From the human T2T-CHM13v2.0 reference genome, Homo sapiens, in NCBI RefSeq assembly GCF_009914755.1, contig NC_060934.1: a stretch of 64,000 nucleotides of DNA; one strand, written 5' to 3'. A program made the translations under genes and the position numbers. Of this stretch, positions 13,980 to 27,660 are shown one piece after another. Below the pieces are notes generated by a model. It worked only from the letters and a program-made list of their open reading frames with translations. It did no database searches and was not told the DNA's origin. Within the stretch, counting starts at the first letter, position 1. Each line of letters starts with the position of its first letter.

Positions 13980-16900
13980 GAATGTGTAGATTTCAGCTGA
14001 TTTTGGGAGATTATGAATTCAGAAACCCAATGGACACCTCAGTCCTGTGTCAGTGTCTTTCTGCCGTAGGCTCTAATTGGTGCACAAAGAAGTTGCTGAG
14101 ACCTATAACTCAAAGGCAAATGTGGATCACAAGGACTCAGGGTAAAGTTAGCAGCATGGCCCATTGGAAAGCCTCCAGGCAATCCTGTTGGTCAGAACAC
14201 CACTCAAAAATGGCAGCCTTACTGGTAACATAATATATGGGTGTCATCTAGATTTCTGCTTGTGTGATGTGAATGTACTAGTAGCTGAATAGTCCCAATA
14301 GTCCCTGGGACTTCTTTATATTTGTTGGGATAGAGTGGGCCAAAGGCTTGGCAATTGTCTCCTCTGGAATAAGACCTTATGCCCCTTTCTAGATCATACC
14401 CTGGAATTCACTTGGGTTTTAGGTCTTTGTACCTTGTCTGTATTCTTGGGCTAGCTGTGTTGCTGCATGTGGGTCAACAGGGCAACAGTTTTTGTTTGGT
14501 AGTGTCTGGACCCACCAGGAAGATGTCTTCAATATAGTAGAAGGTTAGAACAGGGACATGGATATTGAAAAGAGTATACGAGATGTCAGTTGTTGTATAT
14601 TAAGTTCCTTTGTCTTGGGCAGTAGCCTCTGTGACAGTCACAAAGTCAGTACTGCCAGTGCTTAGGGCTACACTAATGGAATGAACTACCAATAATCAAT
14701 CGAATCTCTGTGTGTACCCAAGGCCAGTACACAGGCCCCATGGGGTTATTGGATGGAAAATTAGTCCCATAGAAAACTGGCTTTATTAAGCTCAGAAATG
14801 AAATAGTTATATCTTTTCTCCCCTAGTTCATGGATTTTTTTTGGTAGACAATAGCATTAGGTACTATTAATCAGGTAAATTCATGGTCCCCATATATCCC
14901 ACCAAATGGCTCTAACTAGAGCAATTTTCTTTGGGGCTTGGGAATGAATGCAAGCAGGAATATACTAAAACAATATAACTATACTGTTATACATTCAGTA
15001 GTTGGGGGCCATAACAATGGAGGTTTTAGTGGTCCAGTGGGACCCATGCATACTTTGTTACAGCAGCGATCTACTTCCCAGTGGTAGGGCTACCATTACA
15101 AAGTACCCACAAATTGGGTGGCTTCAACAACAAAAATTGTCGTCAGTGGGCTAGAAGTCTGGGATCAAGGTGTTGACATGGTTGGTTCATTCTTGGAAAA
15201 TCAATTCCATGCCTCTGCCTGAGCTCCTTGTGGGTTGCTATTTTTGACATTCCTTGGCTTCTATATGCATCACCCCAATCTCTGCCTTCAATTTCACATG
15301 GCATTTTCCCAGTGTGTGTGGGTGCTCCAATTTTCTGTTTTTATAAGGACATCATTTATATTGAATTAGGACCCACTCTAATGACCTCATTTTCATTAAT
15401 CTCTGTAAAGTTCCTATTTCCAAATAAGATCACATTCTGAGATACTGAGGGTTAGGACTTCAACTTACCTGTTTTAGAGGGGCACAATTCAACCCGTAAC
15501 CCTCCCATCATAGTGTTAGGGATTATGGAGATCATAGTTGTGCACCAAATCCAAAAGGCCCAAGAAATGCAATGCTCCTCTATATCCCTATTGAACTTTT
15601 ACCTTGTTATATGACCACCGTTCTTCATAGGCACATAGGGACCTTGGCCTGATCCTTAGTCTTGTTTAGTTTTGAAAGCTGAGACATCGGTTAAGAGTTG
15701 AATGGGAGTCTCCAGTTCACCTCCAGCTTCACTGGGAGGAGCAGAAGGAATAGCGCTTTATTAATCAGGATCCATTACTTCGTAGAACCTAGCAGACCAC
15801 CCTGTAGGGCCCCATGGCTCACTACCTTGCCATGAGTTCCTTGGTGGGAGAGCCCATCAATTTCCTTAGAACCCACACTTAAGTAACTGGAATCAGCGAT
15901 CTTGTTGTGAAAGTGCTTGCCCAGATGGTCCTGGAGAGAGTGCGTGATTACCAGTTTTACATCACTCTTTCTGCCAGCCAGTTGTTGCTATCTGTGCAGC
16001 AGCTACTTTTTCAATTCTGATACCGATTTGTCATCAGTTAATATCTGGATTGTACCACAGACTGATCAGCATGGCCTTATGAGGATGTTTAATTGAGTTC
16101 AGTAACCAGTAGGAGTAAAACGAATGAACCTAAAAAACTGAGTCTTGTTAACAGTCTCATCTACCACCGGGGTGGCTAACAGGGAAGCTATATACATTGG
16201 AAGAATAGTCCAACTATGTTTTTTAATATCAAGGAACTTATCATGTTGGATCAAATCTTTCTAAGCCCAAATAATATCCAGCTGAGGATGTAGATTGTTT
16301 TGGATGCTTGCAGCCTTTCATCCCAGTCCTCTCTTCCTCCTCCTCTTTAGGCAAAGTGGCTGCTAATAGTATACTCTGAAAGTGGGGGTCTATAATGATA
16401 CACCCCACAAGATGACACTCTCACTAAGTTTAACAAGATTTCCTTCTTCATCGTGGAGGTGAAAAACCCAAGTCTCTAAGATCACTTTAGATAGCTGGGT
16501 GAAGTAACTCCAAAGGGCTCTACATTCTTTTCCATTTTAGGCATGAGTCTCAACAATTTGCTGCATCGCAGGCTATCTTTCAGTGTCAGAGACATGCTTA
16601 GAGCTAACACTAGTAACTGGGTGCAACTCAGCAACTCAGGGTCTCTGATGACTTTTGTTGCCATTGCCTCCGAGATTGTATTACTAGGTAGGGATTGCTT
16701 CCCCAGCTTTCCTAGAGTCTCTCTTTTGGATTTATAATTTAACCCACCAAGCAAGCTCAGCTAGGGAATTGGAAGCTAAAAGGAAGGATTATTAGTTCTC
16801 CCTGAGACCTGAAAAGCTTATATATACAATCACTAGCATTCCCCAAAAGCACTCCCAGGGCCCACAAAATATTTCCTGAGACACATTGTCATGGCTGGTG

Positions 16901-17094
16901 AAGTGCTCTATGGGACTCCCAGACTCTTGCAAAGGATTCATTGGCATCATCCGTGAGTGTCCCATGCATTTCTCTAACATCTCCCAAAAAATTTCCATGG
17001 GATCCTCGGGGTTCTTTTCTTTTCTAGAAAGGCAGTGTATTTACTGGTCAACTCTGCTCACTGCACCACTTTGTCAGAGAGAGAGCTGCCAGTT
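13980..17094 (-). mobile_element. Degenerate ERVL-class internal region, array unit 3
   Basis: Minus strand YYIEDI (~14521-14540, YIDD-like RT motif) and FLGLLDFGAQL (~15535-15570, protease); colinear with unit 2. Confidence 0.75.
15068..15500 (-). mobile_element. MLT1 (MaLR) solo LTR inserted in the ERVL copy
   Basis: 'cacattctgagatactgagggttaggacttcaac...cacaattcaacccgtaac' MLT1 signature; absent from the paralogous unit 2. Confidence 0.85.
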
Positions 17095-17690
17095 GTTGAG
17101 TTGGTCAATTAATATAACAAGTCAAACTGAAAGGAATAATTAAGCCTTTTTTCAGATACTGTGATAACATAAGCAAGAGTCTACACAGGAAAGGGCCCAG
17201 CTTCACCAGAATTCCACTTTTCCCCATTAAAGGCACCAGATGAGTGGCAGATGTTTCATTTAAAAATGGGGGGATCATTTCACTGCCATGGGAACCCCAA
17301 ATGAAAAGCTCTTGCCATTATATAGATGTGGCATGTGGAGAGGACCAGGAGTGGAAAAGTACTGAACACTGTCAGAAGAAAGAAAATTGTCTTCAAGGCT
17401 CCCCAGCAAGGTCATCTAACCAGAGTCCCCTTAATAATACAGTACCTTAGTCGAGCTCTCTACTCCCTCACAAGAAGGACTCCAAATGGAGGGTTCCTGA
17501 GCTAGGTGTGCAGATATGAGTAAGAGCATGGTTGGCCTGGAGAGATCTGAACCCATACCTGCACATCCCTACGGAGATCACAGTGCACTGGCTGTATGTT
17601 ACATCCAGTGTGGGATGGAAAGCTGTCTTCCATAACTGCCAGATAAAACCTTTGTACTTGTCTATGGGTGTGCCTGAAAAATCACACACA
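17095..17690 (-). mobile_element. Probable 5' LTR of the unit-3 ERVL copy
   Basis: Minus strand starts TG and ends CA followed by 'actggcagc' (PBS-like TGG); first ~150 bp homologous to 3540-3700. Confidence 0.5.
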
Positions 17691-17719
17691 ACATTTTAAC
17701 TTGAACCCATACTCCTTAG

Positions 17720-17818
17720 AATACACGTATATATTTATGTGTATATATCTACTTATACATACACACACATACACATGCATGAGCACATATGCATGCATGT
17801 GTACATGAATACACATAT
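17720..17818. repeat. (CA)/(TA)/(CATG)-rich simple repeat
   Basis: Visible dinucleotide runs. Confidence 0.85.
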
Positions 17819-18223
17819 TTTAGAAATCATGAGATCTCTTGGACACCTTTAATTTTAGTGTCTAAGGGCTTGTTCTTGATTTCCTTCATTTTGTATGTAT
17901 ATATCCTTTCTTTTGTATTTTGAATCCTTTCTCTCGAAGCACCAACTGATTTATGCAGTTGCTCTATCCTATAATACTTTGAAACTTTTACAAAATTGCT
18001 TAGCATATACTACTACAAAAACAAACCTACTAAAAGAATTTCATGATTTCTTTGCAGTCTGCCCCCAACACTCTTGCCCAAGACTGAGGGTATGTTTCAA
18101 ATACTGTATTTATTAGTTACATGGATTAGTACTTGTTTTTTTGTTCCATATATTAGGTTAGTTTCCTTTCAGTTTTAGTTCCCACTTCTTATCCTTATTG
18201 AATTAATTTTATTTTTAGAATAT

Positions 18224-18622
18224 TGTGTTCATGCATTTTGTATTGCTGTGAAGGAATACCTGAGGCTGGGTAATTTATGAAGAAAAGAGGCTTATTTGGC
18301 TCATGGTTATGCAGGCTGTACAGATATGGTACCAACATCTGTTCAGCTTCTGATGAGGCCTCAGGGAGTTTTTAGCTATGGTGGAAGGGAAGGGGAACCA
18401 GCATGTCACATGGCAAGAGAAGCAAGAGAGAGATGGGGGACATCACAATGTCTTTGTCAACAACCAGATTTTATGTGAACTCATTACCATAGAGAGGGCA
18501 CCAAGCCATTCATGAAGGATCTGCCCCCATGACCCAAACACCTCCCACCAGGCAATACCTCCAACCTTAGGGATCACATTTCAACATGAGATTTGGAGGG
18601 GACTCATGTCCAAACCATATCA
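18224..18622 (-). mobile_element. MSTA/MSTB (MaLR) solo LTR
   Basis: 'gaatacctgaggctgggtaatttatgaagaaaagagg...gagatttggagggg...caaaccatatca'. Confidence 0.9.
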
Positions 18623-19370
18623 AATATGTAAAACATTAACCTACTTCCAAAAGTAAATATTATGCAAAAGATATCCTTAGAAGAATATAATTTCTGCCAC
18701 ATTCCTTCTCTTTGTATTCCCATCCTTTTTCCTGCCCTGTTGTCTTGTAGATAACAAACTACAGTGTTTTCTTGCTTATTTTACCTGTGTCTCATTTTGA
18801 AAAGGTTAATATTTCTCTATTTCTGTTTTTTTCTGATTGGTTATTTCTGACTCAAAAGTTACCGTACTAGATATCCTGTTTTTAAGATTATTTTTCACTT
18901 AACATTATCTTCTAGAAATCCCTCCATGTTAGTTTATAGAAACCTTTATTATTTTTACATAATATGTATAGAATTATATATAGTGATATGTAGAGTATTT
19001 ATATCATATCATAATTTATAGTATATATCTTTGTTTATTGAGCCAATATATTATACTTGAATATTTAGATGTGTTGAATATTTTGCAATTATGAATAATA
19101 TGGTAATGAATAATGTGCATACAAATTTTTATTGTTTGGTCTATTACTGTGTATTAACCTACAGTGTAAATAATCAATGAATTCTGAAGACCAATAGAAA
19201 ATATATTTGATGCCTTAGAATATTTATGATATAATGAGACAGCTTTTGTAACACCCATTAAAACTATTTTCATCATTTTCATGTCAGATTTAAATTATGG
19301 TGATTTACTTATAATTTTATAAAAATGAGAAAAAATATTGCTATATACTTGTTATAAACTTCAAATATAG

Positions 19371-19559
<189 letters not shown>

Positions 19560-19799
19560 TAACTTTAAATTATTTTAAAATTAAACTTATCAGAAGATCT
19601 TTGCCTTTGATTCCTGAATGTGTATTTTAGCATATATTTTATGGAAATCGTAGACTTTGCCCTGAAGTCTTAAGATAAGTAGAGAGCAAAAATGAAAATG
19701 TTAACTTCATGTTGGAGTTTCTGGTCATAAGATTATTTCACAGCCATTGGACATGCACTCAATATCTACCAAGGCCCAATAATTCGCCTACAGTATCTT

Positions 19800-21130
19800 G
19801 AAGAGTGTACCTTTCAGCTGACTCTGGGAGATTAGTTTCCTGGAGATCATACCCAATGATCACTTACCACGTGTAGCGATGTTGTTCTTCCCTAGGCTTC
19901 AGTCAACAAACTGAGAGGTTGTTGAGGTCTGTAACTCAAATAGCAAGTGGGAATTATAGGAGCCAAGGAGAAGGATAGTCCTGAAGGCTTGTTGGTTAGC
20001 CCTAGGGCATTTTGTTGGTTGAGCACCACACAAAAGTAAGGTCTTCTTGTTACCCTTATAGATGGGTGCCATCAAGTTTCTTGTGTGGTGGGGAATGTTA
20101 AAGTGCCCATGGCCAACAATGATTGTGCTTCCTTTTCATTTTAGGGGATTGAGAGGACCAAAAGATAGGCGACTGCACATCATCTCCAAATTCACAGGGA
20201 AGGGTGGAGGGAGTAACACTTCATTAATCATAGGGTCTTCAATGTGCTGACCCTAGTAGGGCCCATCAACTTCACTGTTTAGTAACCAGACCTAGAGATT
20301 GTCTCTACAGGCATCATTCAGGAGAGGGCGCTTGATTGCCATTTTATTAGGTTGGTGCAAAAGCAATTGCAGTTTTTGCCATAAATTGCTTTTGTACCAA
20401 CCTAATATATCGCTTTCCTGCTGGTCAGTCTTTTTCTACCTCAGGAGCTGCTGCTTTTCCCATGCCTGAAAATTTTTCAGTTAAGTTCTGGATTTTGTCA
20501 CAGAACATATGACCTGCCCTTATGCATAAGTTTGATTGAATTGGAAAATCAGCAAGAGTGGCATGAAAGAACCTAGAAATCTGAGTCTGGTCAACCATCT
20601 CCTCTATTGTTCTTACTCTTGATTGTAGAACCAAAGGACAACCAGCGTTGTGATTCATAGGGCTGCTCTTGCCTCTGCAAGGGTGGTCCAAACATGATTT
20701 TAGTGGTAGGTTCATCATGGGTATGCCCAAGCGATCAGAGCCCAAGCAATCACTAAGCTGAGGAATGAGAGGGTCTTGAAGTTGGCATCTCATACACCCC
20801 CTTTCTTTCTCCCCCTTGAGTGAAGCTTCTCTGTCATGACACTCTGAAGGAGGGGTTCTGTAGTGACTTATTCCACAAGGTACCACTTTTTCTCATTAAG
20901 TTTAAGAAGAGTACATAATGTTCTAAGGTGCCTTTGGTAGGTAGGTAAAGTGATCTCAGAAGGTTCTACATTTTTTTTAAAAAAATCCCTTATAATTTAA
21001 CCATGAGTCTCAATACTTTGCTGGGACATAGGCTGTCTATCATTGCCTGGTAGCTGTTTAGAAGTAACAGCAGTCATTGGGTGCAAATTAGCTCTCAGAT
21101 TCTCTGGCAACTCTCAGCCCCATCTCCACA
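19800..21130 (-). mobile_element. Internally deleted ERVL remnant, array unit 4
   Basis: 'gacactctgaaggaggggttctgtagtgac...caaggtaccact' (~20838) and 'ccatgagtctcaatactttgctggg' (~21001) match ~2832 and ~2998. Confidence 0.7.
20347..20405. mobile_element. MADE1 (Hsmar1-derived MITE), internally deleted
   Basis: TA-flanked 'ttaggttggtgcaaaag...cttttgtaccaacctaa' terminal inverted repeats. Confidence 0.9.
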
Positions 21131-21496
21131 TAATTATATACTGTAATTAATATCATACCATTGTTTGTGGTATATATATCTGTTCATTTGACCAATCTCC
21201 TGTGTGTGAAAATCTCAATGGTTTTGAATATTTTGCAATTACAAATAATGCTATAACGAATGATCTTATGCATATGCATTTTCATTGTTTGGCCTATGAT
21301 TATATATTAAGCTAAAGTATAAATTATCATGTATTATGTAAGTATTTTGATTATGTATTAAAGTATAAACTCATGAATCCTGGAGACCAATATAAACTTT
21401 ATTTGATGCTTCAGAATATTTATGAAATAATGGCTTAGCTTCCACAGCAGCCATTAAAATTATTCTATTTTTGTGTCAGATCTAGCATTATGGTAA

Positions 21497-21724
<228 letters not shown>

Positions 21725-21845
21725 TAACTTTAAATTATTTTATGTTGAACTCATCAGATCTTTTCCTTTGATTCGTCAGTGTGTACTTCAGACTATATTT
21801 CATCAACTTTTAACTTTGACCTAAAGTGTGAATACCCTATGATAA

Positions 21846-22169
<324 letters not shown>

Positions 22170-22689
22170 TAATTATTTATAAATCTTATAAATTGTTTTT
22201 ATTAAATTCAGGAGAAATTTGTTTTTGGTTTATAAATATGCCTTCAACCATATGCTTCTTCTGCTAATTATTTCCATCACACTACCAGATCTTTATTGAT
22301 AACTTGTTTCTTTTATAATTACTCAGTTGCATGTGTCAAATCTGCCACTTTGTGGATTTCTCTATTTCTTCTTGTATTAGTGTCAGGTTTTGCTTTATAT
22401 CTTATAATGCTCTATTTTTGTGTGTGTGTGCAAGTAAACTTTAAATTTATATTCTTCAAAACTTTATATTCTTCAAAAAACAGTTTTTTCCTTATAAAAG
22501 GATTCACTTCATCATTTTCATAATTTTTGTTGTTTTCCTTAATAACTACTTTATCTGTTATTATGGCTCCACAAACTTTCTTGCAGTTGGTATTTGCTTG
22601 ATACGTTTTTTTCATCATATTATGTTTAACTTCTTTGTTTCTTTGTGATTTTGCTATGTCTATCGTAAGAAACTTATAATTGTATATAC

Positions 22690-22961
22690 TCTTTTTAAAA
22701 TCAGCTTGAATTTTAAGTTCTGGGGTACATGTCCAGGGTGTGCAGGTTTGTTACATAGGTAAATGTGTGCCATTGTGGTTTGCTGCACAGATCAACCCAT
22801 CATCCAGGTATTAAGCCCAGCACCCATTAGCTGTTCTTCCTGATGCTGCCCCTCCTCTTGCCCCCCACTCCAGACAGGCCACTGTGTAGGTTGTCCCCCA
22901 CATGTCCATATGTTCTCATTGTTCAACTCCCATTTATAAGAGAGAACATGTGATGTTTGGT
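22690..22961 (-). mobile_element. L1PA (old, ~PA13-16) 3'UTR fragment
   Basis: 'gggtacatgtccagggtgtgcaggtttgttacataggtaaatgtgtgcc...gagaacatgtgatgtttgg'. Confidence 0.85.
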
Positions 22962-23481
22962 ATATGCTCATATTCAGTCTGATATTTTTTCTTTTAATTA
23001 TCTCTTATAACCATATATAATCTAATTATTGATTTTTTAGGTGCAATTATATCATTTTTTTCTTGGCTTCTCCTATTTCTCCTACATGGTATGTTTCTTT
23101 CACTGTCTACTCCATTTTTTATCATCATACATTTTTCCTTAGCAATATTTGGTACCAAAAATTTTAAGCTTTACCTAAAGTGTGAATATAATAAGAAAAA
23201 ATAAGGAAAAATTTTAAATATACAAGTATTTGTAATAATGTTTATAGTAGTAAATAAAATAATAATGTTTACAAATAAAATATATTTAATACCCATGTAT
23301 ATAAAAATTAACAGAACAGCTTTTATATGCACAAGTAAAAGATGTATTTATATGCTTATATTTTAACTAGACACTGATTTGCTTATATCATTAACATATA
23401 GTAATTAACATATATTGTGAATCTGGAGGTTCCACCATAGATACAGTTCTCTAGTGCTTTTAAGAGCCTTCCTTCTTGTAG

Positions 23482-23555
23482 TCCAGAAAAAGATGAGGTA
23501 TTAGATGAAAATCTTTTGCCTGCAACTAGAGCTGCTAGAAAGAAGAGATTCCATA
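23482..23555 (+). pseudogene. Pseudo-exon copy 1 (74 nt, not a multiple of 3)
   Basis: 'ccttcttgtag|' ... 'A|gtaaat'; encodes PEKDEVLDENLLPATRAARKKRFH; homologous to the 24881 and 26092 copies. Confidence 0.6.
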
Positions 23556-24478
23556 GTAAATATGGAAATAATATTATTAAATTATTTTTAATTACATTAG
23601 TTAAATTTTAATTAAGCATAATTTTGTTCATGGATATGTATTCTGCTACAATGTTACAGACATCCACTGAACTCATTTTTTATTGTGTCATTTACATTTA
23701 TTTCTTGATTTCCTTGAATCTTGATTATTCTATCAATTATTGAGATGTATATTAAATTATCCCACTATGTGGATTTACCTATTTCTTCTTATAGTACTGT
23801 CCATTTTCCTTATACTGTCTATGTTATTAGATGTATACAAATAAAAAGTTAGATTTTCCTTTGAACTCTGCCTTTTATTTTTATGAAAGGGATCATCTCA
23901 GTCTCTAGTAAGGTCTTTTGACTAAAAGTCTATTTTGTCTGACATTGACATAATTACTACAGAGTGATTTTGGTTAGTGTTTGCATTTTTTTAAGTCATA
24001 TCTCTAATAAAGAACTTATAGTTGAATTGTTTATCAGTTCAATGTGTCTGTCTTTGTCTATTCCTAGAATATGTAAAATATGTAATCCATTTACAATTAT
24101 TGTACTTACTGATATATTTGGATTTAAATATTTTGGGTGAGGGTGCTTTTCAGTTTTTTTTTGTCTGATTCAGATTACTTTCTATTTTATTTCTTTCCTT
24201 ATTTTGGAATTACTTTTAATCAGTTGAATTATTCAATGTGTCACATATGTTATAAAAACTTTTTAAAATGTGAATACACTTAGTAAAATAAAGTCTAATT
24301 TCAACTTTCTAAGTGTATGTATGAAGTAATAAGAGTGCCTCCACATACTTTCAGGAAAAGTACTCTGGTGGTTTTTGCATTTACCTTCATGATTCATTTT
24401 GAAAATGTGTCAGAGGTTTTATTGTGTGACATTTATTTAAGTTGTATTGTCTAGTGTAAAGTCTTATAAAACTGATAG

Positions 24479-24771
24479 GGCTGGGCACGGTGACTCAAGC
24501 CTGTAATCCCAGCACTTTGGGAAGCCAAGGCGGGCTGATCACAAGTTCAGGAGATCGAGACCATCCTGGCTAACACGATGAAACCTCGTATCTACTAAAA
24601 ATACAAAAAATTAGCGGCGCATGGTGGCACGCGCCTGTAGTCCCGGCTACTTGGGAGGCTGAGACAGGAGAATTGCTTGAATCCGTGAAGCGCAGGTTGC
24701 AGTGAGCTGAATCGGCCACTGCACTCCAGCCTGGGCAACAGAGTTAGACTCCGTCTCAAAAAAAACAAAAC
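24479..24771 (+). mobile_element. AluSc-like element
   Basis: 'caggagatcgagaccatcctggctaacacg'; TSD aaaactgatagg (24468-24479 / 24772-24783). Confidence 0.95.
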
Positions 24772-24880
24772 AAAACTGATAGGAAACTTTGAATGGTCCT
24801 TTCTATATATTAATAATTCAGAGACTTCACAGTAAAGTTTTTTTCACTTTTTATTGGGTTAAAAGCCTTTCTTTTTGCAA

Positions 24881-24996
24881 CTGAGAAAATGGATGAAATA
24901 GCAGATGAAAATCTTTCACATGAAATAAAGTTTTAATTTTAAAAAGCCCATCTCATATTACAAAACTTAATACTTGCAGAAAAGTGAGACTTCAAA
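24881..24996 (+). pseudogene. Pseudo-exon copy 2 (acceptor AG>AA, in-frame stop)
   Basis: 'ctttttgcaa|ctgagaaaatggatgaaatagcagatgaaaatctt'; reads EKMDEIADENLSHEIKF*; 'A|gtaatt' donor remnant. Confidence 0.6.
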
Positions 24997-26091
24997 GTAA
25001 TTATAATCATTAAGAATATTGTGTAATGACTTTAAAGTTCTCTCCTTAGTTTATATGTTCAATCACAAATATGATTTTTACATGTCATGTGTATAAAGAA
25101 AACATGTATGTGCGTATATTCATGTATATTCTCCATTGTCGTTGATTAATTATATTTTTCATGTGTTCTTAACTTCACTGAGGTTCTGTTTATTTTATCA
25201 TTTATGAGAAAGGTATTTTAAATTCTGCTACTGTGATTACTTATTTCTCTATCTCTTTGTAGTTCTGCCAATTTTTGTTCTATGTTTCTAAAGCTTTTTT
25301 TTATATACATACACATTTTAAATTGTTAAATTTTCTTAAGAATGCTGAAACTCTTGTCTTTATGATGGACATTTTTTAAAATAGACTGTATTTTTAGAGC
25401 ATTCTTATGTTCACAGTAGAAAGAAAGATAGAGATTTCTCATATACCACCTTCCCCCACCTACATGTAGCATTACCCACGATATGATGGACATTTTGTAG
25501 CAACTCTCTTTGCCATTAATCTGTCAGATATTAACATAGCATCTTTTTAATATTAGTATTTGCAGAACACAATTTTTCACCATTGTACTTTCAACCTTTT
25601 TGTATTATTATAGCTTAGCTGTATTATATGTGTTAAATGTATTATAGTTCTTTTTTAAATCCAATGTGGCAAACTTTGAATTGAAAACATAACATTTAAC
25701 ACATTCATATTTAATGTAAGTACTGATATTTTGTGGGTTAATATACCATCACTTATGTTTTCTGTATTTCTTGCCTGATCTGTTTTTGAATCTCCTTTTA
25801 AAGTTTATTTTTAATATGTTTTTATCTTTTTTATTACTCATATCTGTTATAAAAATTTAACTTGATTATAAAATATGAATACCTTATGAAACCATTTTCT
25901 TGAAAAGTTCTCCTATATTTTTACACTTTACATACTCAGTCTATAACTCACTGTCTCAACAACGTGGCAGTTGGTTATATTATTTCAAAACATGAGAGAA
26001 AATATTGCTGGATAATTGATATGTATTTTGAATTACAGAGGTTTTTTGATAAATTTGTTTATTTAATGGATTAAAAGCATCTTTTTTGTAG

Positions 26092-26206
26092 CTCAGAAAA
26101 TGGAAGAGGTATTAGATGGAGATTTTTTTAATTGAGGATAAATTTGCATTTTCAAAAAGCAAATCTCCAGCTAAGATATTTGGAGCTATCAAAATGGAAA
26201 CACTAA
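26092..26206 (+). pseudogene. Pseudo-exon copy 3 (115 nt; apparent +1 frameshift in a T run)
   Basis: 'cttttttgtag|'; removing one T gives QKMEEVLDGDFLIEDKFAFSKSKSPAKIFGAIKMETL, similar to exon D; donor decayed to 'A|gtagta'. Confidence 0.65.
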
Positions 26207-26563
26207 GTAGTATGATAATTTTCAATATCATTGATGTATTTTTAATTAGAGTAAGCTGAAGAATTTTGTTCTTAGCTTTGTGACTGTTTAGTCAATATGT
26301 CTTTTGTATACATCTATTAGATCAAATATGTTTATTCTGTTCAGTTCTTACTTTTTTCATTGAGGTTTTTCTGTTTATTCTATATTACTAAGATAAGTAT
26401 GTTAATTTCTCCCACTGTGATTATGGATTTCTCTATGCCTTATGGTAGTTCTGTCAAATTGGTTTATATATTTGGAAAATATTTATTTATTGTGTGCAAA
26501 TTTATACTTTTTATCTGGTAAATGGAGACTGTCTGTTAATCTCTGAAAATGCATTTTGTTTTA

Positions 26564-27319
26564 TACAAATCAAAACCATAGTGAGATACCATCTCACACT
26601 AGTCAGAATGGCTATTATTTAAAAGTCAAAAACAACACATGTTGGTGAAGTTGTGGAGAAAAGAGAACACTTACACACTGTTGGTGGGAGTGTAAATTCG
26701 TTCAACCATTATGGAAAACAGTATGGTGATTCTTCAGAGAGCTAAAAGCAGAACTACCATTCAACACAGCAATCCTATTACTGGGTATATACCCAGAGGA
26801 ATATAAATTATTCTACCATAAACATACATGCATGTGAATGTTCATCGCAGCACTATTCACAACAGCAAAGATACGGAATCAGCCTAAATGCCCATCAATG
26901 ACAAATTATCTGTATAAAGAAAATGTGGTACATATACACCATGGAATACTATGATTACTATGCAGCCATAAAACAGGACAAGATCATGTCCTTTGCAGGA
27001 ACATGGATGGAGCTGGAGGCCATTATACTTAGCAAACTAATGCAGGAACAGAAAACCAAATACTGCATGTTCTCACTTATAAGTAGGAGTTAAATGATGA
27101 GAACTCATGAACACAAAGGGAACAAAAAACACTGGGGTCTACTTGAGGGTGGAGGGTGAGAGAAGGGAGAGGAGCAGAAAAGGTAACTATTGGGTATTGG
27201 GCTTAATACCTGGGTGATGAAAAATCTGTACAACAAACCTCCATGACATGAGTTTACCTATGTAACAAACATTCACAGATACCCCCGAACCTAAAATGAA
27301 AGTTAAAAATAAATAAATA
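26564..27319 (+). mobile_element. 5'-truncated old L1PA/L1PB 3' end
   Basis: ORF2 C-terminus and 3'UTR; 18-bp TSD aaaatgcattttgtttta (26546-26563 / 27666-27683) encloses this L1 and the following Alu. Confidence 0.92.
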
Positions 27320-27660
27320 GGCTGGGCGCAGTGGCTCATGCCTGTAATCCTAGCACTTTGGGAGGCTGAGGCGGGCAGATTGCCTGAGCTCAGGAGTTCG
27401 AGACCAGCCTGGGCAATATGGTAAAACCCCGTCTCCATTAAAATAGACAAAAAATTAGCCAGGTGTGGTGGCATGCACCTGTAATCCCAGCTACTTGGGA
27501 GGGTGAGGCAGGAGAATTGCTTGAACCAGGGAGGTGGGAAGTTGCAGTGAGCTGAGATTGTGCCACTGCGCTCCAGCCTGGGTGACAGAGTGAGGCTTCA
27601 TCTCCAAAAAACAAATAAAATTAAATAAAATAAGTTAAAATAAAATAAAATAAAATAAAT
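27320..27660 (+). mobile_element. Alu (old S/J) inserted in the L1 poly(A) tail, with (TAAAA)n tail
   Basis: Full dimeric Alu starting 'ggctgggcgcagtggctc'. Confidence 0.95.

Noticed and set aside
20425-20886. 153-aa minus-strand ORF as a domesticated ERV gag gene
   Set aside because: Paralogous ERV copies do not keep the frame, the start is non-ATG and I see no intact capsid or zinc-knuckle motif.
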